In this document: positions 8,236 to 15,898 of the stretch, piece after piece | Layout of the letters: each line of letters opens with the position of its first letter | How positions within the stretch are numbered: position 1 is the first letter of the stretch | DNA from: an uncultured virus (IMG/VR IMGVR_UViG_3300042289_001232) | Taxonomy: Duplodnaviria; Heunggongvirae; Uroviricota; Caudoviricetes | Strand: one strand, 5' to 3' | DNA: 20,000 nucleotides | Virus record (IMG/VR): IMGVR_UViG_3300042289_001232 | Notes under the pieces: generated by a model | The model's input: the letters and a program-made list of their open reading frames with translations, nothing else | What the model was told of the DNA's origin: nothing | The model's database searches: none | Translations under genes and position numbers: made by a program

Positions 8236-8325
8236 GGTTCCTTGTTACCCAAGGATATGTAGTATGGATAAAAAATAATCTATGTTCTCATTAACAAATT
8301 TCTAAAAATTTTTCAAACTACACCA

Positions 8326-8353
8326 TTTACAAACCACATTTCGGGGTTAAAGT
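8326..8353 (+). promoter_or_regulatory. Sigma70-like promoter (TTTACA-N16-TAAAGT) for the gp55-47-46 operon
   Basis: Same spacing as the other early-type promoters. Ends 13 nt before the gp55 ATG. Confidence 0.6.
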
Positions 8354-8366
8354 ACCTCATAACAAT

Positions 8367-8954
8367 ATGACTAAACGCAAAAAAGAAAACCACTACATCG
8401 ACAACCAAAAGTTCCTCGATGAACTTATCGAATACAAGAAAAAGCACCAAAACGCAAAAAAAACAGGAGAAAAGCCTCCAGGTGTATCTAATTACATTGG
8501 TCAATGTTTTCTTGATATTGCTAATAATCTAGCGAAAAAACCTAACTTCGCTAACTATATCTTCAAAGAAGAGATGATCTCTGATGGTATAGAAAACTGC
8601 ATCATGTATACCGCAAACTTTGATGAAAAGAAGTCAAGAAATCCTTTTGCATTTTTCACGCAGATCATTTACTACGCTTTTCTCAGAAGAATCATGAAGG
8701 AAAAGAAACAACTGTTTGTGAAAATGAAGTGTTTTGAAAAATCAGATAAAACGGGGAAGTTTAGAAACCGTATGGTCGAGGAAAGTAAATTTTCTGATTC
8801 AGAACCAAGAAGTGAAAATCCATATGCAGATTATTTCTCTTTGAGTGATAATGATGTCAAGAATTTTGAGGGAATATCTGATAGTAAAATGATTAAGAAA
8901 AAACGCCGAAAGCGCAAATCCGACAAACAAAACCTAGAAGATTTGATGGAGTGA
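8367..8954 (+). CDS. gp55: Late-transcription sigma factor gp55
   Basis: HYIDNQKF, YIGQCFLDIANNLAKKPNFANY, EMISDGIENC, NPFAFFTQIIYYAFLRRI.KEKKQ. Confidence 0.97.
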   Translation: MTKRKKENHYIDNQKFLDELIEYKKKHQNAKKTGEKPPGVSNYIGQCFLDIANNLAKKPNFANYIFKEEMISDGIENCIMYTANFDEKKSRNPFAFFTQIIYYAFLRRIMKEKKQLFVKMKCFEKSDKTGKFRNRMVEESKFSDSEPRSENPYADYFSLSDNDVKNFEGISDSKMIKKKRRKRKSDKQNLEDLME

Positions 8955-8955
8955 A

Positions 8956-10026
8956 ATGGGTAAGATAGCAATCATAAACGACACGCACTTTGGTGCTCGT
9001 AACGACAATCCAATTTTTCTAGAACACTTCATGCAGTTCTTTGAGAAGGTGTTCTTCCCATATATGCGTATGCATGACATACGAAATGTCATTCACTTAG
9101 GCGATCTCATGGATCGTCGCAAGTATGTTAATTTTCACACATTGAATGTCGTTCAGAAGAGGTTCATTACTCCTTTGTTGGAATTGGGAATCACTCTAGA
9201 CATTATTCCAGGTAACCACGATGTTTTCTATAAGAACACCAACGAAGTCAACTCCATTCAAGAGTTGTTTTACCACTCGGGACTTTGCCACAATTGGAAT
9301 TTCTATTTTGAACCAAGAGTTGTCGAAATCAAGGGACTTCGAATTGGAATGGTTCCTTGGATAACTACAGCAAATGAGAAAGAGTGCCTAAATTTCATTG
9401 CAAAGAAAGATGCAAAGATTCTTATGGGTCACTTTGAATTGTCGGGATACGAAGTGCTTCGTGGTGTTGAACACCATGATGGTATGGATCCTGGTATTCT
9501 TTCAGGATACGATGCTGTTTACAGCGGACATTTCCATTGCAAACACAGTAAAGGCAACATCCACTATCTTGGTACACAATATCAGATCACCTTTGGTGAC
9601 TTGCATGAGCCTAAAGGATTTCATGTAATTGATACCGATACTGGTGAGGTTGAATACATTCAGAATCCAATTCGACTTTTCACACAGTTTACCTACAACG
9701 ATGAAGAACATAAAGACTTCTTCGATGGTTCAATTAATTGGAACTATTTCAAAAACACATTTGTCAGACTAGTTATTGAGAAGAAGACAAACCCATTCAT
9801 GTTGGATCGTGTGATTGATAAATTGAATGAGGAAGGTTCACATTCAATTTCGATATTGGATCAAACTCAATCCAACAAGACTGCTAATACAATAGAAAAA
9901 GTTGATTTGTCCAAAGACACATTGAGTTTGATTTGCGAAGAGATTGATAGGACAGAGGGGATCGAAGATCCAACTAGACTAAAGAACATCATTCGTGAAC
10001 TGTACATGGAGGCGCAGTCTGTATGA
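8956..10026 (+). CDS. gp47: Recombination endonuclease subunit gp47 (Mre11/SbcD-like)
   Basis: Phosphoesterase motifs NDTHFG, LGDLMDRR, GNHD, MGHFE and SGHFH. Confidence 0.96.
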   Translation: MGKIAIINDTHFGARNDNPIFLEHFMQFFEKVFFPYMRMHDIRNVIHLGDLMDRRKYVNFHTLNVVQKRFITPLLELGITLDIIPGNHDVFYKNTNEVNSIQELFYHSGLCHNWNFYFEPRVVEIKGLRIGMVPWITTANEKECLNFIAKKDAKILMGHFELSGYEVLRGVEHHDGMDPGILSGYDAVYSGHFHCKHSKGNIHYLGTQYQITFGDLHEPKGFHVIDTDTGEVEYIQNPIRLFTQFTYNDEEHKDFFDGSINWNYFKNTFVRLVIEKKTNPFMLDRVIDKLNEEGSHSISILDQTQSNKTANTIEKVDLSKDTLSLICEEIDRTEGIEDPTRLKNIIRELYMEAQSV

Positions 10027-11729
10027 TTACTTTCAAGAAAATTCGGTGGAAGAACTTTCTAAGCACAGGAAATAATTTTACAGAACTATCTCTAACAGAC
10101 GCATCAACAACTCTAATCAGCGGCGAGAATGGTTCAGGTAAGAGTACTTTGCTCGACGCTTTGACATTTGCTCTTTTCAATAAGCCATACAGAAATATCA
10201 ACTTACCACAGTTAACTAACTCAGTCAATGAAAAAGATTGTGTTGTTGAATTGGAGTTCTCGGATGAAAAGAACGAATATAAAATCGTTCGTGGGCAGTC
10301 ACCCAAGATCTTTGAGATTTGGAAAGACGATAAACTCCTAGATCAAGAAGCAAAAGCACGGGATGGACAAAAGATTCTAGAGGAACAGATTCTCCACATG
10401 TCTTATAAGTCTTTTTGTCAGGTAGTTATACTAGGTTCTGCCAATTATATCCCATTCATGCGATTACCCGCAGCAGAGCGTAGAGCGGTCGTAGAGTCGA
10501 TTCTAGACATCGGAGTGTTCTCCGTGATGAATACCCTTCTCAAGGAAAGAACCAGCCAGATCAAGGAAGAGTCGGTGCAGATCGACACACAGTTGGCTAT
10601 TGCTAAGGAGAGGGTCAAGAACCAAAGAAAGATCATCGAAGACGAAAGAAAAAGAACTCTATCAGATAAAGAGTGGGAAACACAGGAAATTGATCGTACA
10701 AATGGAGAGATTGAGAAACACCGAAAAGAAATAGAATCGATGACTAAAACCATCGAAACTATGTTCGAAAGTGTAGCGGATAAAGATTTAATCTCCAAGA
10801 AGCGTGAGGAATGCGTTGTTTTGAGAGGTACGATTGAAAAGAAGATCACTTCTCTCAAGAAAGAGATTCAATTCTACGAAAGTAATAACAAGTGTCCGAC
10901 ATGCTCACAATCAATCGATGAAGAGTTTAAGAAGACAACTGTACAATCAAAGCATAAGAAGTCTCAAGATTTAAATGATGGTCTTTCGGAATTGATGATC
11001 AAGTATAAAGAGGTTGATGATCGACTGAACACAATTACAGATGTTCTGTTGGAGATTTCTGCACTTCAGTCATTAATCCATAAGAAAACATCTGATATCG
11101 ATTCTCTTAATGATTATATTGGTAAAGTTCGTGGGCGTGGGGGGAACACCACAAAGTTGATTCAAGACGAAAAAGAATTGTCTCGTCTTGAAAGTGAAGA
11201 ATCAGAAGTACTTGATTCGAAGCGAGAACTTGTAGAGGACAATCATTACTTGGGCCTTGCGTCTATCCTGCTGAAAGATGGTGGAATCAAGAAAAAAATT
11301 ATCAAGCATTATATTCCAGTCATCAATAGAACGATCAACAAGTATTTGAGTATGATGAATTTCTTCGTCAACTTTAATCTTGACGATGAATTCAACGAAA
11401 CCATCAAGTCTCGACATCGTGATGTATTCACATATGCTTCTTTCAGCGAAGGTGAGAAGCGGAAGATCGATCTGGCACTTCTGTTTGCTTGGAGAGCCAT
11501 GGCAGAGATCAAGAACTCACTCTCCACTAACTTACTGATTCTAGATGAGGTTTTAGATGGATCGCTAGACGATACATCGACAGAAGCGTTCTTAGAGATC
11601 ATGAATGGCATGCGTGGTCACAATGTAAATGTTTTTGTCATCAGCCACAAGTCCAAGGAAGTTCTTCAAGATAAGTTTGAGCGGCATGTTCAACTATCCA
11701 AGAAGGGCAATTACAGTAAGATGTCGTAA
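10023..11729 (+). CDS. gp46: Recombination ATPase subunit gp46 (Rad50/SbcC-like)
   Basis: WKNFLSTG, Walker A GENGSGKS, coiled coil with CPTC zinc hook, signature FSEGE, Walker B LILDE, VISH. Confidence 0.97.
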   Translation: MITFKKIRWKNFLSTGNNFTELSLTDASTTLISGENGSGKSTLLDALTFALFNKPYRNINLPQLTNSVNEKDCVVELEFSDEKNEYKIVRGQSPKIFEIWKDDKLLDQEAKARDGQKILEEQILHMSYKSFCQVVILGSANYIPFMRLPAAERRAVVESILDIGVFSVMNTLLKERTSQIKEESVQIDTQLAIAKERVKNQRKIIEDERKRTLSDKEWETQEIDRTNGEIEKHRKEIESMTKTIETMFESVADKDLISKKREECVVLRGTIEKKITSLKKEIQFYESNNKCPTCSQSIDEEFKKTTVQSKHKKSQDLNDGLSELMIKYKEVDDRLNTITDVLLEISALQSLIHKKTSDIDSLNDYIGKVRGRGGNTTKLIQDEKELSRLESEESEVLDSKRELVEDNHYLGLASILLKDGGIKKKIIKHYIPVINRTINKYLSMMNFFVNFNLDDEFNETIKSRHRDVFTYASFSEGEKRKIDLALLFAWRAMAEIKNSLSTNLLILDEVLDGSLDDTSTEAFLEIMNGMRGHNVNVFVISHKSKEVLQDKFERHVQLSKKGNYSKMS

Positions 11730-11732
11730 ATA

Positions 11733-11791
11733 GAAAAGGACACCCAAAAGGTGTCCTTTTCAGAAGGACAGATTCTGCGAAATCTGTCCTT
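11733..11791. terminator. Tandem double hairpin / bidirectional terminator between convergent genes
   Basis: GAAAAGGACACC-CAAAA-GGTGTCCTTTTC (11733-11761) and AAGGACAGATT-CTGCGA-AATCTGTCCTT (11764-11791). Confidence 0.85.
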
Positions 11792-11805
11792 ATTAGACGG
11801 TCAGA

Positions 11806-12111
11806 TTACTCGACCAAAGACAGTTTCGGTGATGCGATACTCTTATCTGGAACAATAAGTCCACTATTTGATGTGTTGTATTCGTTGACTAGTTCAGTCT
11901 TTGGAGTTACAATAAATGAAATGGCCTTGGTCGGAATGACCATATTGTCAGTTTCAGCATATGGAAGCCAAGGGACGATTGCTAGTCGGCCTTGCCCTGC
12001 TGGAAGTAAAATTACCGGAGACTCAATCTGAATACCATCAGATGTATTCTCTACGACCTTTGCGATAACTTCCTCACCCGAAACCATTCTAATCAGTTTA
12101 ATATTACTCAT
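11806..12111 (-). CDS. Sm-like-fold phage protein
   Basis: IKLIRMVSGEEVIAKV...IESPVIL...IVPWLPYAE...P.TELVNEYN..SGLIVP, a common T4-like phage Sm-like family. SD AGGAGA. Confidence 0.75.
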   Translation of the reverse strand: MSNIKLIRMVSGEEVIAKVVENTSDGIQIESPVILLPAGQGRLAIVPWLPYAETDNMVIPTKAISFIVTPKTELVNEYNTSNSGLIVPDKSIASPKLSLVE

Positions 12112-12133
12112 GCTTAATTTCTCCTAAGATCAT

Positions 12134-12349
12134 CTATTTAGTATCACCCAATTGAAAAAAGTGTATCCCTCTTCTTTTCTTTTCAGATTTATTCATCATT
12201 ATTTTGGTGGGTTGTATTACACTTGGTCTTTTTGCTGTTGATGACTTTCCAGTGGACACAGATAGGCTTTGTGTTACTCTAGCAGTATGTGCCGTTGGTG
12301 CGGACCACTCTGCCAAACTTGACCTTAGATTTTTGAATGTTTTCTTCAT
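12134..12349 (-). CDS. Small basic hypothetical protein (71 aa)
   Basis: ATG 6 nt after a CTAAATA box. K/S/T-rich and probably disordered. Confidence 0.6.
   Translation of the reverse strand: MKKTFKNLRSSLAEWSAPTAHTARVTQSLSVSTGKSSTAKRPSVIQPTKIMMNKSEKKRRGIHFFQLGDTK
12135..12141 (-). promoter_or_regulatory. Late promoter box CTAAATA
   Basis: Overlaps the end of the 71-aa ORF, upstream of the SD and ATG of the Sm-like gene. Confidence 0.7.
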
Positions 12350-12355
12350 AATGAT

Positions 12356-12362
12356 TATTTAG
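12356..12362 (-). promoter_or_regulatory. Late promoter box CTAAATA
   Basis: Directly after the terminator and 6 nt before ATG 12349. Confidence 0.7.
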
Positions 12363-12363
12363 T

Positions 12364-12392
12364 AAATGAAAAGGGGGGATTTAATCCCCCCT
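12364..12392 (-). terminator. Rho-independent terminator
   Basis: Minus strand AGGGGGGAT-TAA-ATCCCCCCT followed by TTTCATTT. Confidence 0.85.
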
Positions 12393-12420
12393 CTAAACCA
12401 ATTAAATCCTTTAATTAAAC

Positions 12421-12534
12421 TCACTTGTTCCAAGGAAGTTTAGCAGATACCCACTTCCATAGAGGTGCGCCAATTAGTGCACCAGAAATGAACATCAAAA
12501 CACTCCACCAGGTTGTACCTAAAAATTCTGACAT
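12421..12534 (-). CDS. Small single-pass membrane protein, 37 aa (absent from the ORF track): MSEFLGTTWWSVLMFISGALIGAPLWKWVSAKLPWNK
   Basis: TATAAATA box, then AAAGGAGA SD, ATG 12534, TGA 12421 and a terminator. Hydrophobic core with a basic C-terminus. Confidence 0.85.
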   Translation of the reverse strand: MSEFLGTTWWSVLMFISGALIGAPLWKWVSAKLPWNK

Positions 12535-12559
12535 GAGATTCTCCTTTCTTTTGCAAGTA

Positions 12560-12567
12560 TATTTATA
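12560..12567 (-). promoter_or_regulatory. Canonical T4 late promoter TATAAATA
   Basis: Exact T4 consensus upstream of the small membrane ORF. Confidence 0.85.
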
Positions 12568-12568
12568 G

Positions 12569-13162
12569 TTAGACTAAGTCCTCAAATACATCCAATATTT
12601 CTTTTGATACTGTTTTATGAGACTGTGATCGAAAAGATGAAGGCATCTTTCTTATCATTCTCCAGTCTGGATTCTTTTTGAAAGACTTAGTCCTAGTCAT
12701 CTCCATGTAGTGATACATGTATATCAATAAGTTTGCCTCTTGTTTATATCTTTCCATGTCACATGCAATATTGTGCTTTTGTATAATCTTGACCGTTATC
12801 TGTTCACATTCTCTTTCCATGCCTCTATAAGTTTCAAATGCTTTTCGAACCCTTCTATTGTCAAATTGTTTACCGGATAGCCAGTCCTCGACTACATCAG
12901 AATAGTTGTTAGTTGGTCCGAAACATTTTCTATAGAGTGAAGTCCCGCTTTTCCATTGAATGAAGTGTGAGTATTCGTGTGCAAGAACCTCAATCCACTT
13001 TGGATTTTTTTTCGCTACACATATCTGTTCTTCGTCAAAAAATCCCCAACATTTAAATCCATTTGAGTAAACCCAAGTTGAATTTTTTATATTGAGCGAT
13101 AAACCGTGTTCGCCTATGCTCTCTTTAACAAACTTCACGAAAGCATTTTCGGCAGATCTCAT
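12569..13162 (-). CDS. HExxH zincin-like putative metallopeptidase
   Basis: EVLAHEYSHFIQW preceded by a GFF..QICV strand, with a downstream E (MERECE) as possible third ligand. Confidence 0.7.
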   Translation of the reverse strand: MRSAENAFVKFVKESIGEHGLSLNIKNSTWVYSNGFKCWGFFDEEQICVAKKNPKWIEVLAHEYSHFIQWKSGTSLYRKCFGPTNNYSDVVEDWLSGKQFDNRRVRKAFETYRGMERECEQITVKIIQKHNIACDMERYKQEANLLIYMYHYMEMTRTKSFKKNPDWRMIRKMPSSFRSQSHKTVSKEILDVFEDLV

Positions 13163-13164
13163 TT

Positions 13165-13485
13165 TTAAATCCTTGCTAGTTCTTTGCCTTTATATAAAAA
13201 CACCATAGTTGAGTCTTTAAATAACTCAGTAAGAAGATTATTCTTATTTTGCATTAAATCCATAGGAATTGACAAGTATAATTCATCGACTTTTCTTATG
13301 TTCTCTGCGGTTTTTTTACAAGAACATGAGTTGGGGTCTTTGATAACTTTCATTTTTTGGTAAAGGTTTAATAATTTGTCGTTATGTCCATCTGGGTTTA
13401 AATTGTGAAATCCACCCAAAAGGGATATATTAGATTCCATTTGTGAATATAGACCTTCAGGCCCATCAAATACGATTTCAGGCAT
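13165..13485 (-). CDS. Hypothetical protein with CxC motif (SCSCKK)
   Basis: Packed between two co-oriented genes. Likely start is ATG 13485, overlapping the upstream stop (track gives 13503). Confidence 0.65.
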   Translation of the reverse strand: MPEIVFDGPEGLYSQMESNISLLGGFHNLNPDGHNDKLLNLYQKMKVIKDPNSCSCKKTAENIRKVDELYLSIPMDLMQNKNNLLTELFKDSTMVFLYKGKELARI

Positions 13486-13831
13486 CTCGCATTTTCCTTT
13501 CACTTAAAGTAAACAATGAACAGATGAATTGACCTAATAAGTATACGATGGGTATCATGTTAAAATTATTTGTTGTCATGCAAATGCCCAATGATAACCA
13601 AACTCCAAAACAGTATCTGCATGAAAGTAGTTTATACAAGAAAGAATTGGGATATTTGAATAACAACCAATCAGAGTATGAAAATCCGCTACTTGAGTTA
13701 TAAAGGTGGATCTTTGTCCATCGTTTAAAAATTCTCATTGGTTGAGAGGATATGTAAGAATAGACTGCGGATGTCTCATAGAGAACATACAAAACAAATC
13801 CTAACCAAATAGATTGCAACGCAGTTTCCAT
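13478..13831 (-). CDS. Membrane protein with CxxC motif (DUF1360-like)
   Basis: About three hydrophobic segments. KLLSCRYCFGVWLS resembles the DUF1360 'LL.C.xC..VW' motif (from recall). Confidence 0.6.
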   Translation of the reverse strand: METALQSIWLGFVLYVLYETSAVYSYISSQPMRIFKRWTKIHLYNSSSGFSYSDWLLFKYPNSFLYKLLSCRYCFGVWLSLGICMTTNNFNMIPIVYLLGQFICSLFTLSERKMRDA

Positions 13832-13845
13832 AATATACCCGATAT

Positions 13846-13853
13846 TATTTATA
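13846..13853 (-). promoter_or_regulatory. Canonical T4 late promoter TATAAATA
   Basis: Between the nrdJ stop and ATG 13831, 14 nt upstream of the ATG. Confidence 0.85.
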
Positions 13854-13858
13854 CTGAA

Positions 13859-15820
13859 TTATGACGATGTCAAATCCACCAATTCACATTTATCTCCTGA
13901 ACACGCATAAGTTTGTGAACCAGCCGTTCTATCTTCTTTCTCATACTTAGAAAGATCAGACCAGTTTACATTCTTTGGCATTTGAGCCAAAAGGGTTTCA
14001 TATTCTTCCTTTGTGCAATCTTGATACGGAGCCTGCTTGTATGAGTGGTCGCTGTGGGGTAGGAAGGAAATCCCTGACACCTCATCAAAGTGTTCATACA
14101 CCCAAGCACCAACATCCATCCATTCATGTTCACGAACAGTAATGGTAATAGACGGCTTATGTTCACACCAATGTCTCTGATAGGTCAACCAAAGATTCAG
14201 ATGTTCAATTGCAGTCAGATCATTGCGTGTCAAACACCCATCAGGAGACTTCATGGGGAATGAAAATACTCTAGTGTGGTCAGGACGCATTACGCAAGGC
14301 TCAGACGGGAATCCTGCCTCCTGCATCATCTGACAGAGAGGATCTTTGATGTCTGCACGAACCGTGCGAATGTAGTATTGACTGTGTCTCGGATGCATTC
14401 CCGAAGCAGCATCAGTCAATTGAGAAACAGTTCCCGAAGGCTTGACACATGTAATTGCGGCAGCGGGATTGATGCCAAGTTTCTTTGCCCATTCTGCATT
14501 CACTTCAATGGTTTTGTTCTTCACGGTCTCAAGAATATTTGGTAGTGAAGACGGCAAAAGAAGATCACTATTATCAGACATCGAAAGCATCATCTTGTTG
14601 TCCAACTGACCAGTCATGGAAACGCCAAGAAGTGCTTCTTCCTTACAATTCTTCGACCACTCAGAAGAAATGTATTGGAAATTAGTGAGTGATGCTTGCA
14701 TCGTACCTAGAATGGCAGCAATACGAGCCTTTCTCATAAGATCTTCTACGGTATCTGTTGGACGAATGATGATCTCCGTAAGATTACAGAACTCACGATC
14801 ACGAAGAATGATTTCAGAACAGGGATTCGTTCCAAATTCATAGTTAGGATCACGACGATCACCTAACTTTGAAACAGTCTTTTGTGCTGCGGCTCTATTG
14901 AAGATACCACGCTCACCACTCTTGCTGTTGTAGAGAGACAGCCACTCCTGCATGAAGGTTCCGATTTCAGGCTTTTCCTTGTATGCAACGCTATTGTTTG
15001 CGAGTGCCCGTTGTGGATTGGCTTCCCACCAAGCACCGCTCTTGGCATTACGCATGCGCTCATCGCCAAGTTCTGAAAGTGAAATGAGTGCCGAGCGACG
15101 AACGCCCCCGACAACTACGATCTCTGCGATCTTGCAAACAATGTCATGACATTCGATTGAAGTCAACTTGCGACCCGCAGACTTTCGGAAAGTCTCCACG
15201 GTGAACTTGAATAGATCTTCAAGTGGACGAGGACCAGATGCTCTGCCACCGAATGTCTTCAGTCGAGCACCCGCAGGACGAACCTTTGACACATCCCACT
15301 TGGGGATCTGACCGACGATGAGAAGACTGATCAGTTCACGGAAAGCCTTTGCCCAACCCTGCTTTGAGTCGGCAACATTGATGAGGGTATCGCTATCGCT
15401 GAACTCTTCGGCAATGGTTGGTAACTTCTCAACAAACTGACGCTCGACGGAGAATCCAACCCCCGTACCACACATGAGAACATAGAGAATTTCATCGAAT
15501 GCACGAACACGATTGATGTGAACATAGGCACAGTTGTATCCAGCAATGTTGTCTCGTTCAAGGGCTTCACCTGCTGTCATGAGACATCGCATTGAAGGAA
15601 GCACCTCAAGGTTAAGAACTGCCTGACGAAGTTCTTCACGCTCTGCCTTCGATAACTTTCCTTTAGTAAAAATTGCGAGATGCTTATCGAAGAAGTTGAA
15701 GTAGCGATTGACTGTCTCCTCCCAAGTTTCTCTTCGTCCCTTATTTTCAAGCCATCTTGAATAGCGTGATAAGTGAATAAATTGTTGATACTCAGTCGGC
15801 AGTCGAATCTCGTCAGACAT
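13859..15820 (-). CDS. nrdJ: Class II adenosylcobalamin-dependent ribonucleotide reductase
   Basis: RRETWEETV, LPSMR, YNCAY, GGVRRSALISL, TNPCSEIIL, CVKPSGTVS, WCEHKPSIT and C-terminal ACSGDKC. No nrdB nearby. SD AAGGAG. Confidence 0.93.
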   Translation of the reverse strand: MSDEIRLPTEYQQFIHLSRYSRWLENKGRRETWEETVNRYFNFFDKHLAIFTKGKLSKAEREELRQAVLNLEVLPSMRCLMTAGEALERDNIAGYNCAYVHINRVRAFDEILYVLMCGTGVGFSVERQFVEKLPTIAEEFSDSDTLINVADSKQGWAKAFRELISLLIVGQIPKWDVSKVRPAGARLKTFGGRASGPRPLEDLFKFTVETFRKSAGRKLTSIECHDIVCKIAEIVVVGGVRRSALISLSELGDERMRNAKSGAWWEANPQRALANNSVAYKEKPEIGTFMQEWLSLYNSKSGERGIFNRAAAQKTVSKLGDRRDPNYEFGTNPCSEIILRDREFCNLTEIIIRPTDTVEDLMRKARIAAILGTMQASLTNFQYISSEWSKNCKEEALLGVSMTGQLDNKMMLSMSDNSDLLLPSSLPNILETVKNKTIEVNAEWAKKLGINPAAAITCVKPSGTVSQLTDAASGMHPRHSQYYIRTVRADIKDPLCQMMQEAGFPSEPCVMRPDHTRVFSFPMKSPDGCLTRNDLTAIEHLNLWLTYQRHWCEHKPSITITVREHEWMDVGAWVYEHFDEVSGISFLPHSDHSYKQAPYQDCTKEEYETLLAQMPKNVNWSDLSKYEKEDRTAGSQTYACSGDKCELVDLTSS

Positions 15821-15844
15821 ACTTCACTCCTTTGTTGTGCGGTG

Positions 15845-15882
15845 TATTTAGACTATGATACAGCACATTGAGATCAGAGCAA
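15845..15882 (-). promoter_or_regulatory. Tandem early-type (TTGCTC-N16-TATCAT, 15855-15882) and late (CTAAATA, 15845-15851) promoters for nrdJ
   Basis: Both elements lie in the 78-bp gap upstream of nrdJ. Confidence 0.65.
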
Positions 15883-15898
15883 TCGATATTGAATAAAA

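Noticed and set aside
13859..15820. Intein or intron in nrdJ (also checked uvsW and gp46)
   Set aside because: Lengths are ordinary and no splice or homing-endonuclease motifs were seen. Only a short possible insertion (MSDNSDLLLPSS) is present.
1156..15898. tRNA genes in intergenic gaps
   Set aside because: No cloverleaf or T-loop GTTCRA pattern was seen in any gap.
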